Shown: positions 51,873 through 64,000 of the stretch, piece by piece
Numbering within the stretch: position 1 is the first letter of the stretch
Layout of the letters: every line of letters begins with the position of its first letter
Assembly (NCBI RefSeq): GCF_022045235.1
Contig: NW_027266297.1
Location: 69,626,001 to 69,690,000 of the forward strand
DNA length: 64,000 nt
Direction of reading: 5' to 3'
Origin: Haliotis cracherodii
Lineage: Eukaryota
The notes under the pieces: model-generated
What the model was told of the DNA's origin: nothing
The model's database searches: none
What the model saw: the letters and a program-made list of their open reading frames with translations, nothing else
Translations under genes and position numbers: made by a program

Positions 51873-52365
51873 CGCGATGGATCTCGGCACTGACCATAAT
51901 GAGGATTCAGAGGACGTCATCAATCAAGTGGCTCGTGCAAACTTCTTGAGGGATGACCCTTCCAACATTTTGCCTCAAATCCGGGCGTCGCCATGTTTGA
52001 TGCATTCCAAACAGGGCAGACGACAAGATCTGATTTACTCCACAAACCATCAAGGCGGCAAGGTTCCTAGTCACCTTGGTCAAAGCTCAAGGTCATTCAT
52101 AGACAAATCAGTGAGACAAAGTGTTCATAAATTTAATTTTGAAACAAAACAACATGAAAGTCTGACCACGAAGCACCCGCCAGTTGTGGCGCACAAGCGA
52201 CCCAGACTGCCTGGAGAGTACCCGTCCCAAGACTTGGTCATGTCCTGGCTCCTCCACGGCTCCGCACCAGTTGAACAGAACCACTTCCCGGATATTGTTA
52301 AAGACGGACAGAAAACCAAAACGTCCAAAAAGCAACGACATATGAATTCTTTGCTCAGTGAATAA
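51873..52365 (+). CDS. Putative uncharacterised gene, terminal exon 3
   Basis: Acceptor tgtttcag; phase 2 joins in frame to the exon ending at 39877; 164 non-repetitive codons to TAA. Confidence 0.62.
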
Positions 52366-52614
52366 TGAACTAAGAACGTTGGCATTACATTTGTCATTCC
52401 CTATTACACATCCCTCCATTGATGTTATCATGAACTACCCTGACGAAACAGGCAAGACCTGTGTGGAGCGGGCGATGTTCAAGATACGAGTGTTCACTGT
52501 GTCTGTATATGTGCAGTGTGCATTCGTCAGACTCGTTCAGTGTGACTGTGATTGTGACGATTGTTAGTGCAAACGAAAACGTTGATCACACCGTGTGTGA
52601 GCTGACCTACATGT

Positions 52615-53010
52615 TTAACCCGGAAGTGAGTTGACCGGGGTGTCGATCCCGGAAGTGAGTTGACCGGGGTATCGATCCCGGAAGTGAGGTGAACGGGGTA
52701 TCGAACCCGGAAGTGAGGCCTCTGGTGTCGAACACGGACGTGAGATGACGGGGTTGTCGAACACGGAAGTGAGATGACGGGGTTGTCGAACCCGTAAGTG
52801 AGATGGCTAAGGTGTCGAACCCGAAAGTGAGATGGCTGTGGTGTCGAACACGGAAGAGAGATGACGGGTTTGTCGAACCCGGAAGTGAGATGACGGGGTG
52901 TCGAACCCGGAAACGAGAAGACCGGGGTGTCGAACGCTTTAAGTGTGATGCTCGGTGTGTCGAATCCGGTAGTGAGATGAAGGAGGTTTCGAATCCGGAC
53001 GTGAAGTGAA
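52615..53010. repeat. Degenerate minisatellite of about 29 bp carrying CGGAAGT
   Basis: Unit gtgtcgaacccggaagtgagatgacggg, about 13 copies. Confidence 0.9.
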
Positions 53011-53874
53011 TGTCGTGTTGAGAATTAATGACCATGACCTGGATATAAACATGTCTCGAGATATCCAACGGGAGCGGGTAATAATGTGTGATGTGGGAAA
53101 CATGTCAGCGCCTGTAACTAAATTAATCAACAGAAACTTTCAACACGCGGCACTAGAACATTCTATAGTCTCTGTGCTAAGACATTTGTTTGAGACATTT
53201 CCCTAGAGTACCAACTTGAAGGCGTAATGATGTACATATTTATTAAAAACATGAACATTGCTGAATTATATTTCGTCATTGTGTGCAGGGCACAACCGTC
53301 CCATCCGAGTCAGTGAGTTTGGGTTTTAGGTCACTTTGAACAGTATTCCAGCTATATCACGGCGTGTCAGCACAGTGGGGACTATCGAAAATAATGCAGG
53401 TCTTAGACGTTTACCAAGAAAACGGGCAGGGTGATGCCAAACCAAGAAATATAATCAAGGCGAACCTGGATTCGAACCCACGAATATTGGGTTTCTGGCT
53501 CGCCCAAAGGACACAACACTACATAGCGAATTGAGGTGCATTTTACAACTGGACCGACAAGCAGCCAATGCTAGCTAAATACAATGTTTGATAACCTTTA
53601 TGTATCTACATGAAACACTGCTTAATTCTTGAAAGAATTTAATAATTTACGTATATCCTCCTGTAACTAGGATATAGTCAACGTTGTGTCGCTTAGATCA
53701 TTGTTTGACATTCATTGTTTCACATTCTGGCGGCAGCCAGAAGTTAGCGTGTCATTCGTCATTAGTCATCCGCATGACGAAAGACAACATTTGTCATTCT
53801 TCATTCAGATTACAACATCTGGTTACTGTCTTTGCATCTATCCTCGCACAACAGGGATGATGTTCTTCGCAGCA

Positions 53875-54260
53875 GTTAGCAATATTCCAGCTATATCACA
53901 CCGACCTAAAGACAGCAATATTCCAGCTATATCACACCGACCTGTGGTCAGCAATATTCCAGCTATTTCACACCGATCTGTGGTCAGCAATATTCCAGTT
54001 ATATCACACCGACCTGTAGTCAGCAATATTCCAGCTATATCACACCGACCTGTGGTCTGCATTATCCCTGCTATATCACACCGACCTGTAGTCAGCAATA
54101 TTCCAGCTATATCACACCGACCTGTTGTCAGCAATATTCCAGCTATATCACACCGACCTGTGGTCAGCAATATTCCAGCTATATCACATCGACCTGTAGT
54201 CAGCAATATTCCAGCTATATCACACAGACCTATAGTCAGCAATATTCCAGCTATATCACA
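53875..54260. repeat. 36-bp minisatellite (about 11 copies) related to a SINE 3' segment
   Basis: Unit agcaatattccagctatatcacaccgacctgtggtc. Confidence 0.93.
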
Positions 54261-54550
54261 GGCGAACCAGTGGTCGACAGCAAGAACCACTCCTGATATA
54301 TCACGGAGGTCTATCGTCGATGGCAGTCATATGACATAGGCCTGCAGTCAGAGATCTAACTGATAAATCAGGGCGGCTCACAAAGTGTTATCGCGCCTTG
54401 ATCTGACAAACCAGCGACTGACGGTAAGGCCACAGAGACCTGCCCCGCACAATGACACATAGCAGGAATCAGGAATCCGACCGGGGGACGTCATAGTTTC
54501 CACTGGTAACCGATTCCTACCATATTCAGATGCCTTGTAGTGACCTCGAG

Positions 54551-54715
54551 TAGGTGAGGTAGTATGGTTTTACGCCGCTTTTAGCAATATGCCAGCAATA
54601 TCACGGCGGGGGACACCAGAAATGGGCTTCACACATTGTACCCATGTCGGGAATCGAATCCGGGTCTTCGGCGTGACGAGCGAACGCTTTAACCACAAGG
54701 CTACCCGACCGCCCC
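54551..54715 (-). mobile_element. tRNA-derived SINE family A, full length
   Basis: Reverse complement of the 13781 copy; acctcgag on both sides. Confidence 0.9.
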
Positions 54716-55029
54716 GTTGTCACCTCGAGGTAGTCGACAGTTACATCCAACACTGATTTGCGACCGCGCTTGTTTCAGAGGCCGATCTCCTATCTTGTTC
54801 GTTTTCAGAAATTGCTAACAAATATTTACTTATTTTTCCGAATATGATGAGGAAACTCCAAAGAACAAATAATGAATTTGCTGCTGCCAAGCTTGTGTTG
54901 GTTGCCAATACGTACTTCTTGTGATAGCAATCAGCTAAACATTTTACGTGCGTTTCGTTCACTACTTCCTTCAGATCGTACTAACGTCAATAATCAACGA
55001 CTGCAAAGGCGTTCAATGTCGTGGCTGTG

Positions 55030-55272
55030 TTTATTTGTGTGTTGTTTACGCTGCACTCAGCAATATTCCAGCTATACGGCGGCGGTCTGTAAATAATCGA
55101 GTCTGGATCAGACAATGAGGCGATTGACATCATGCAGCATCGATCCGCGCAATTGGGATACGATGACATGCATCAATAAAGTCAGCGAGTCTCACCACCC
55201 GATCCCGTTAGTCGCCTTTTACTGCAAGCATGGGTTGCTGAAGACCACTTCTAAGTCTGATCTTCACGGGTC
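55030..55272 (-). mobile_element. Short retroposon family B, full length
   Basis: 11-bp TSD tcgtggctgtg; 5' end exactly GACCCGTGAAG. Confidence 0.88.
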
Positions 55273-55894
55273 TCGTGGCTGTGCTGCCAGACTCACTATC
55301 AATATGATCTCTTGGCTTTGTCATAATAGAGGGTTCCAACGTTGTCGAGCACGTTATATACGTCGTCAGCTGGTGTACTGTTGAATGTGACATGGCTTAA
55401 AATTCTGTTAAATACGGCTCAGAATGAAATATTGTTCGACACAAGTAACTCTCTTTAGTATAAATCCTATATGAGTTGTGCACTAATAATTAGTTGACAT
55501 ACCATGTCGAGAAACTGTTACAAGGTCACTATGACGTAAACAATGATGCACTGTTATGTCATTACTAATATGACGTCACAACACGAGGAGGTTTGTATGC
55601 AGTGGACTGTGGTATTGTATTACGTCGACAATGCAGTACAGTAGAGAGACCCTGAAACAATTATTTCAATGCATGAATGTAGTAACACACTTTTATCATC
55701 CAAAACTGGCCCCCACAGGATATATCGCTTGGGTGACATCAAGCGATAGCGACATTGTAGATATCGCGGCAATGAAATTGCATCATAATATTTTGAAGAC
55801 CATCGTGACGTCATTGTTACCATGACGTCACAATCAAATGACATCACTAATGGCTCTGCCACTGGGGCTGTCAGCAGTCCATTTTTACACTTAA

Positions 55895-58800
55895 CCCCCT
55901 GGATGCCAGAGGGACATATATGTCCTTCCTCTACAACCCTCACTTTGAAGTCGAATAAAATTCAAAATACATCACCCACACAAATACACTTCACAGTTTT
56001 GAATAAGGTAGGAAATTCCCTGTTCTGTGATATCATCCACTGGCATTTTAGACCAAGCAAAATTGCTGAAAATGACCTCTGAAAATAAGGTACATCGTAA
56101 ATGTCGCCATTTTTTACACATTACTAAATCACCACACACGGCGTTATTTACAGCATGTTTAGAAATCTAAATTTAGGATATTTACTCGTTGAAATGAATT
56201 TCAAAAATAGCATATTAGTGATCACGGGTATCTGTCTTTTAAGAAATCACCAATGATCATTCCAAAACGTCTCCGATAACCCGAGAATCGTTTCGAATGT
56301 TTTGGAAAATACGCAAACACGAACGCCGAAGTGAACTTTCCGCCATGTTGGATAGTGTTTACAAAATCACGTTTCAGGTACACCGGTTATGAGACGCCTG
56401 TAACATCGCGTATATTTCAAACTTATCTGCCATACACACATCCTTGAATTCCTCATACATTTTAGAATCATATGAACAATGGTCTTTGTCACCAATACAA
56501 AGTGGCTGGATGAAATCAAGCAAAATATGTTAGGTGTGAAAACGAACGCTGTGCTCGAAAAACTGCACTTGTTTGAAATGTAAACAAAGCAAAATACAGA
56601 TTTTACACAGTGTAGCATTTTCTCCAATTTAGAGCTATCCATTCGTCTAATCTTTCAAAACATTGGCTCAACATTTTCAGAATATGCACGGGAAGAGAAT
56701 AGTAGGAAAAATTAGGGTATTTATAATAGATACATTGCAATGATTTGATATTTTCAACAGAAATAGTCAAAGTTACCGTCATGTGTGACGCCATGACTGA
56801 CGCAAAATCACGCACAACGACAACGGTATTTATCGGAATTTCTGCCTATTTCGGTTCTTTTCAATGAAAATTATAACAACAAATAACAGTACATAGATTG
56901 TCAGAATGTTTCTGATTACTTACATGTCACATTTATGTATATGCAATCCCTGAATCAACGAAAGTCCCCTCGTAAAATCCCGCGTACTATTGACAGTGAA
57001 CACGCCATTTTGTAAAAGTCGGTCACAGGTAGTGATGTCATACGTCAACATTGTTGTACATATTTGGTAATTTCTTTGAGGTGAAGGTCCTTGAATGAGA
57101 GTATTGTATCATGCTGTTTACAGTTTCAGTTATGATGTAGATTTTGCATATGTTTTATACATTTTGTCACACAATTAATTTCCCTTTGGATATTTGTCAA
57201 TGTTCAAAATGATATCATACGCAAATATAAGCCACAACATGTATGAACGAACCTTTGATAATCTCCTGTTTGTTTGAACATTGTTTACATAACAATTGAT
57301 AGCTTTTTAGTGTCGAATACGATATTTCTTTCCTTTGGACAAGTGTTACAAGATGAAGCGTAAAGGTAACTGCAGCATGTACGTATTTCTTGGGATGTGT
57401 AATAGTCAATATCATAAGTTCATATAACCAATGTCTTTGAATAGCTGTTTCATTTTATTTTATAACTAAAACTGAATAGATCTATATTACTTCAACAAAA
57501 TGGATAATATGTTTCGTAAAAAGATATGCACACATTTCTGAAAGAATTGTCTTTGTCTTGGAATTGTTTTGTTTGGGTTTTTTTGTGTTTTTTTTGTCGT
57601 TTGATACACAGAGCCGTGATATCTAACGATTCTCCAGGTGCGTGTTAGCCACAAACAATTTACGAATTATTCCTCTCGTTTTGCATTATATAATCAATGG
57701 GTTCATTCTTTTTTTAATATTGTGATCACAGGATATTAAACTGTTCACTTTATTTCTCCAGGAATTGTAAAATGTATAAAAATAAAAACCAAGTACCCTA
57801 CCTAGTTGTTGGTTCAACCGTATACGATTATCCTGACAATTCTATGCCAATAGAGCTTTCTTCGCATCTTTTAGTGTGTAATTCTGAGACGAGATGTAGA
57901 GAAATGATAACAATATTTGTCCAATATTGAATATAATTTGGTTGTTTTGAAATATTCTTTTGGGTATTTCATTACGTAAATTGATGCCAAACAGGTGCGT
58001 GCCTTGTCCAATTAAGACACATGATAAACTAGCTAATTGTTTACATATTCAAGACATTATTTTATTGTTGAAAGCAGTCATTTTATGTTGTGCCGAAAAA
58101 GCGTCCAATTCCGTTTTACACATCGAGATTTTCCATATCATGAACGAAAATTAGGGGAGATATATATTAATCAAAATACCAGAGACATCTTTCTCCGACG
58201 TTATGAAAGACATAAAACCAGCCATGACGTCAAATAGAACAGTGTTATTTTTTAGGGTATTTCATTACATTTGATGATAAGGCTAGTGCTCCATTAATAA
58301 TGGCGCAACATTAGTCAAATTACACTTACACATTCAGGAGAATGTCGGAATCTAAGGACTAAGTTATAGGTTATATAGGCCCATCCATTTCTCTATTACC
58401 TCTTTTTTATGAAGCAAGATTTCATCATTTCTTATGGGTTTTTTTTACAACTAAACGTATACAGTTTCTTTATCGATATTTGTGTTGGAATAGTTTGGTT
58501 CCTCGTGAACAAAACACCACGAAAATATATTATCCTTACCCACAGCTAATTCTCACCAAGTGACCTGAGTTACAATAAACTAGTGCTAAGCTTAGCGGAG
58601 TTATGCCCACTTTTCTTTGTACGTGTGTAACCTCTCTGTCGCCTTTTGACGTCATAGAGAAAAATCAGTTTTCGTCATTTACGGCAAGCTATTTTTGGCA
58701 TTGCATGTTTGTCGTTATACATACGCATATAACTCCATTTGGTATATAGTTATGTCGTTCAGATATTAGGCAGTAATTTGTTCGCTCACAGATTCCGTAA

Positions 58801-59106
58801 AGTTTGTAAATAAAAAAAATCGTCGCACAGTACTTTTATGGGTGTACGATAAAAAGCGGAGAAATTTACTGTTTTTCAAGGCAGAAAAAATTCTCGGGCA
58901 ACACTTAGAAGTGTATATTTTTTAAACCGGTTTAATACTTGCAGTTAACTTTACACAATTAAATAGGGAATTTAATATTCTCCACCTCTGCGTAATTTTA
59001 TAGCCAGAGGTAGATACAGTGCCGCGTGAGCGCAATTCTCGCACAACCTTCACTTTTCCGATCTTAGGAAAATGTGCGTCAGAAAAAAAACTCGGCATCC
59101 AGAGGG
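55895..59106. mobile_element. Non-autonomous piggyBac-type element (about 3.2 kb)
   Basis: TTAA|CCCCCTGGATGCC ... GGCATCCAGAGGG|TTAA; no recognisable transposase ORF; splits a family C repeat whose empty site is seen at about 17620. Confidence 0.88.
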
Positions 59107-59914
59107 TTAAGACACCGCGTATTACTGTCTACACACTGAAAAAGTTGGAAGAATAATGTAGGATGATAAATATATCTCACCCCCGTGTCTTTTGATATCA
59201 AATATATCAACACTCGTTGAAAAAAAGTGGAAAAAATCCACTTTTATAAACTCGTGTAGATATATTTGATATCAAAATGCACTCGAGTGAGATTCTCTGT
59301 ATCAATCATGAAGCACGTTCTTAACCGTTAACACCACCCACCCCTTGCGCATAAAAAACCCCAACTATACAGGACACGTCATTAGATCATTCCTGAGGTA
59401 AATGAATTTTCAAAGCGATCATATCACTACCACTGAGGCGATGTTTTCCTCGTTTTAAACCTACGTCACAATGCATGTAAATAAAAACAAAGTGACGAGA
59501 GTTACTGTTCCTGACACAGGTTATTTCCGGCTACAGGTGCGCGCTGAAAAAACAACAGCGTCTTGCACGGTGTTGACAGGTGATCGGAGCCACACATCAG
59601 AGGAAGTTGAATGTAAGTTTATATATGTTTGTGACACACGTAAGATAAGCGCCATGTGTGGGCAGCACTTGTAGCGACCTCTGACTGAGAATGGTGTATC
59701 CAGACACACGGCTGGTGTGTTTTGGCGAACAAATACGGGTGGATTGTTTCCGTTAAAAAACCGGTGTTTTAGCGGAGAGACATTACAATTTGCAAACATC
59801 ACTATACATCGTACATACTGTCACATTGATTGATGCCTTTATTGGCGATTATAAACCTTGTAAAACCCTTTATGATATTTAAATATTTTTTATTCTATTT
59901 CTGTATGTGCCGTA

Positions 59915-60166
59915 GCTTTGTTTGTTTCTTGTTTAACACCGCAGTCAGCAATATTCCAACTATATGACGGTGGTCTGTAAATAATCAAGTTTGAACCAGA
60001 CAAACCAGTGATTGACATCATGATATTGGGATATGATGACATGCATCAACCAAGACAGCGAACCTGACCACCCAACCCTGTTAGTCGCCTCTTAGATAAG
60101 CATAGTCGCCTTTTACGGCAAGAATGGGTTGCTGAAGACCTATTCTACCCGGGATCTTCACGGGTC
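59915..60166 (-). mobile_element. Short retroposon family B copy
   Basis: Full head GACCCGTGAAGATCCCGGGTAGAATAGGTCTTCA; further copies at about 61023-61115 (+) and 62920-63140 (+). Confidence 0.85.
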
Positions 60167-61429
60167 CGCTGCGACCTGTACTCACTTTTATTATAACTAT
60201 TAATATCAAGACTACCTCAGCTGGCAAGTCCAAATTTAGAGATACATTCTCACCTTCTATTTTCTTAACAATGCATATTTTAATTGTATGCTGGCTAGCG
60301 ACCAGTTAATGCCATTTTATTCGTGTTTTTCTCTTTGACATTCCCTGTATACAACTGACTGTTTTTTGTGAAACTATGAGTAAATACACTGATTTCTGTT
60401 TGTTGAAAAAAATTTGAGCAGATGTCTGTTATGACACGACGAGAGGGAATCAAATGCTAAACAGTGGAAATAGAGCTTTTCCATTGACTATCTGTACCAG
60501 TTACTGCCATTGTTTAAAACAGCATGTGCCATATGATCAAGCTTCAGGTATACAAATTACATTTTTTGTTATCTCTGATAGTGTACTGAATTATTTTATT
60601 CATTATACTTAATATGAAATGTTTTTATCAATTTGTCGTCTGCCAACTGACATAAACCATTATCCCCAAAATTCAATCTACATATGCTTATCCAAAACAA
60701 TGAGTACTATGGATTTCACGATATATATAGGTTTGGAAAAATAGCTAAATTAGATTTTACTCACTCACACACTCAACTTCTTTATTCTTTCAATGCGATA
60801 TTTCGGAACAGGTGCAAGAACATTTATTGAGGAAGTGCTTCAAAGTTATTATTATGAATTGTCTAGGTGTTATCATGGTTATGCAAGACATTTCTATGAA
60901 TATGATTGTGAAGAATGTTCTCTTGTTTAAACATATTTATTCTATGAGAACATACATGGCCGGATCGGCAAACAAACTTTGTGAGCTTATTTGAATGCCT
61001 CTCTGGATAACATGATTAGCTTGATCCAGGTTAGAATAGGTCTTCAGCAACCAATGTGTTAAAGGTGACTATGCTTGTTGTACGAAGCGACTAACGGGAT
61101 CGTGTGGTCAGGCTCTTTAAGCCTGAAAGCATTGAGCAATTTCTAGTTTCATCTGGCCCTTCCCAGACCCTTCCCAGACCGATAAAACCAACTTCTTAAA
61201 ACACTTTATGAATCCACCAAAAGAATGGTCAAGTCTTGTTGCCCGGACTTTATACCACATGTTCAAGCTGAGGCCATGAGAAAATTCTATTATATTCGAT
61301 TTAACTAAGTGTAAATGTCTATATGATGTAAATGAAATAACATGTAATGCCTCTATACACAATGTACATCATATATATATACCTGTCATATCTATAATTA
61401 TAAACATGTTCATATGTAGATAGTCTGTA

Positions 61430-62880
61430 CCCTGCCCTACAAAGGTGTTCAGTACAATAAAAATTCTCTTGATTCTCTCTCTCTGGTAGTAACTTCCATA
61501 GTCTAAGAGTACCAGGAAGTAAGGTCTTAGCATAAAATGTTGTCTTGCAGTGGATATGTTGCAAGCTATCTCGATTTCTTAGATGATAAAGAAGATGATT
61601 CTGAAACTGTTTCAGGAATAAGTTGTCTTAAGTAATTTGGTGTCAAGTTATGCATAATTTTATTAAACATTGTTAATTTTAAAATCTTTCTTCTCTCGGT
61701 GATTTAAATTTGGTTTCAATGTATAACTTATGATTTTTACTCCGGACAGCTCCACAGATGGTCCTTAATGCATCCAGGTGCACTTTCTCAAACTTATTAC
61801 TTTGCTCAACAGTGCAATTATCCCAAGTGTTGAGGCAGTCTGATGCTTCTTTTGGATTATTATTAAAAAATAAAGTGAATTTTCGTCTGCAAAAAAGCAG
61901 ATTTTGCTTTTGGTGCCTTCAACAATGTCATTGATATATACAGTGAACAGTCCCTGGCCTAAGACAGATACCGGGGGCACACCGGCTTTAACTGTTTTAG
62001 CATCAGGTTAGGAACCCTGTACAACAGTATGTTGTATTCTATTTAAAAGAAATGAGTGTAACCTTTTGAGAATGTTACCAGTAATTCCATATTTTTGTAG
62101 TTTAAATAACAGACCCTTATGCCAAATTTTATTTATTTACTAATGTCAATGAATACGTCCCTGAGCTCCTTTCCAATATCTAAAGCATTAGCGATAGTAT
62201 TATATAAATAAGTTAACTGATTTGCTGTAGAGTAACCAGGCATAAATCCCGACTGTACATTAGTGAGAACACCATTATCTCTGAGGTAATTATAAATATA
62301 TTTGAATACACATTTTTCGAGACTTTGGACAAGCAGCTTGTAAGAGCTACCGGCCTAAAACTGGTAAATTTTTATTTCCTTTCTCGTGATAAGAATTACT
62401 GAGGCCTCTTTCCATATGGAGGGAAATATGGATGTTCATTGAACAGGCAAGGGAGGGGGTTATCAATATCCATCGCTATCAGTTTCAAGATTTTATTACT
62501 TATGCCATCAGGCCCATTGGATTTGTCCGTGTCAACAGAAAGCAGAATATCGCATTCTTCTTCTGTGGAAACGTTGATGTGACCTAACGGGTCATATGGT
62601 AATGTGTCAATACTATCAGTAATAATTTTTTCAGGAAATTTCAAGGTTGACTTTTCAGTGAAATAATCATTAAAAGCTTCAGAAATTGATTGGGGGTTGT
62701 CGTACAAGATGTCATTGTAATCAATAGGTCGAAAAGAACCATCGTTATTTTATGGGGTGCTGTCTGATTCTGACGTTGCGATGCTCTTCTCCACACTTGT
62801 TCAGGAGACGTGGGAGGAAGTTTGCTCAAAGAAATAAGCACATTACCCAGGTTTACATCCAATACTTTAAATTTCACTAA
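61430..62880 (-). mobile_element. Decayed LINE (CR1/L2-group) reverse-transcriptase remnant
   Basis: KSNGPDGI, then VPPVSVLGQGLFTVYINDI...FFADE (degenerate GVPQGS..GP.LF..YINDI..FADD), with frameshifts and stops. Confidence 0.85.
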
Positions 62881-63364
62881 AGGACACTAAAGATGTTATA
62901 TATAGTCGAAATCTGTTTAGAGAGTAGGTCTTCAGCAGCCCATGCTTGCCGTAAGAGGCAACTAATAGGATCGGGTGGCCAAGCTTGCTGACTTGGTTGA
63001 TGCACGTCATCGTATCCCAATTGTGTGGATCGATATTAATAATGTCAATCACTGGATTGTCCAGTCCAGGCTCGATTATTTACAGACCGCCATCATATAG
63101 CTGGAATATTGTTGAGTATGGTGTTAAACAACAAACAAACAAAGATAAAGTCAAAGTGATTGTCATCCTTTTTGGTGTTTTTTCTTCGCTGATCAAGAGA
63201 AATAACTCTGAACCCCCTATCTTTGTCATGTCACCAGGATCTCAATTTGTTGACCTATGATAAAAGTCTTGTCAGAAATAGAATGTTCATTTTATCAAAC
63301 TATGTATATCAAAATAGTGTGATATGTGGTACCTGCTGTAATATGTGATGAAGGTGTGTCGTAC

Positions 63365-64000
63365 GTGTAATTGTGGGTCTCCCAGGCAGGGAATATTCAG
63401 TGTGATGTCTGTAACTGTGGGTCTCCCAGGCAGGGAATATTCAGTGTGATGTCTGTAACTGTGGGTCTCCCAGGCAGGGAATATTCAGTGTGATGTCTGT
63501 AATTGTGGGTCTCCCAGGCAGGGAATATTCAGTGTGATGTCTGTAATTGTGAATCTCCCAGGCAGGGAATATTCAGTGTGATGTCTGTAACTGTGGGTCT
63601 CCCAGGCAGGGAATATTCAGTGTGATGTCTGTAATTGTGGGTCTCCCAGACAGGGAATATTCAGTGTGATGTCTATAATTGTGGGTCTCCCAGGCAGGGA
63701 ATATTCAGTGTGATGTCTGTATTGTGGGTCTCCTAGGCAGGGAATATTCAGTGTGATGTCTGTAACTGTGGGTCTCCCAGGCAGGGAATATTCAGTGTGA
63801 TGTCTGTAATTGTGGGTCTCCCAGGCAGGGAATATTCAGTGTGATGTCTGTAATTGTGGTTCTCCCAGGCAGGGAATATTCAGTGTGATGTCTGTAATTG
63901 TGGGTCTCCCAGGCAGGGAATATTCAGTGTGATGTCTGTAATTGTGGGTCTCCCAGGCAGGGAATATTCAGTGTGATGTCTATAATTGTGGGTCTCCCAG
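63365..64000. repeat. 44-bp minisatellite, runs off the window end
   Basis: Unit gtaattgtgggtctcccaggcagggaatattcagtgtgatgtct. Confidence 0.96.

Noticed and set aside
6466-64000. Regularly spaced 24-45 bp repeats resembling CRISPR arrays
   Set aside because: Head-to-tail units with no unique spacers, no cas genes, and a eukaryotic context.

Overview
Eukaryotic (animal) genomic DNA, not prokaryotic. Spliceosomal GT-AG introns, SINEs and MITEs suggest a mollusc, plausibly an abalone-like gastropod (inference). Manual exon assembly gives four genes. (1) The 5' part of HBS1L on the - strand, including a large alternative terminal exon encoding the SKI7-like exosome-bridging isoform (about 680 aa); the GTPase exons must lie left of the window. 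(2) ITPA on the + strand (193 aa), head-to-head with HBS1L. (3) A complete 9-exon annexin on the - strand (332 aa), tail-to-tail with ITPA. (4) A putative 3-exon orphan gene on the + strand (about 274 aa). The rest is mobile and repetitive DNA: a decayed DIRS1-type tyrosine-recombinase retrotransposon with ITRs and ICR, LINE remnants, three short retroposon families, several MITEs, a 3.2-kb non-autonomous piggyBac, a Helentron-like element, and 16 unrelated minisatellite arrays (about a quarter of the window) that explain most long ORFs in the track. Most notable: a tandem AG|GTAAG| site at the SKI7-exon acceptor that could act as a recursive-splicing isoform switch; two independent minisatellites grown out of 5' splice sites, each with an in-frame stop; and a short retroposon with no tRNA head whose fixed 5' end folds into a covarying pseudoknot-like structure.
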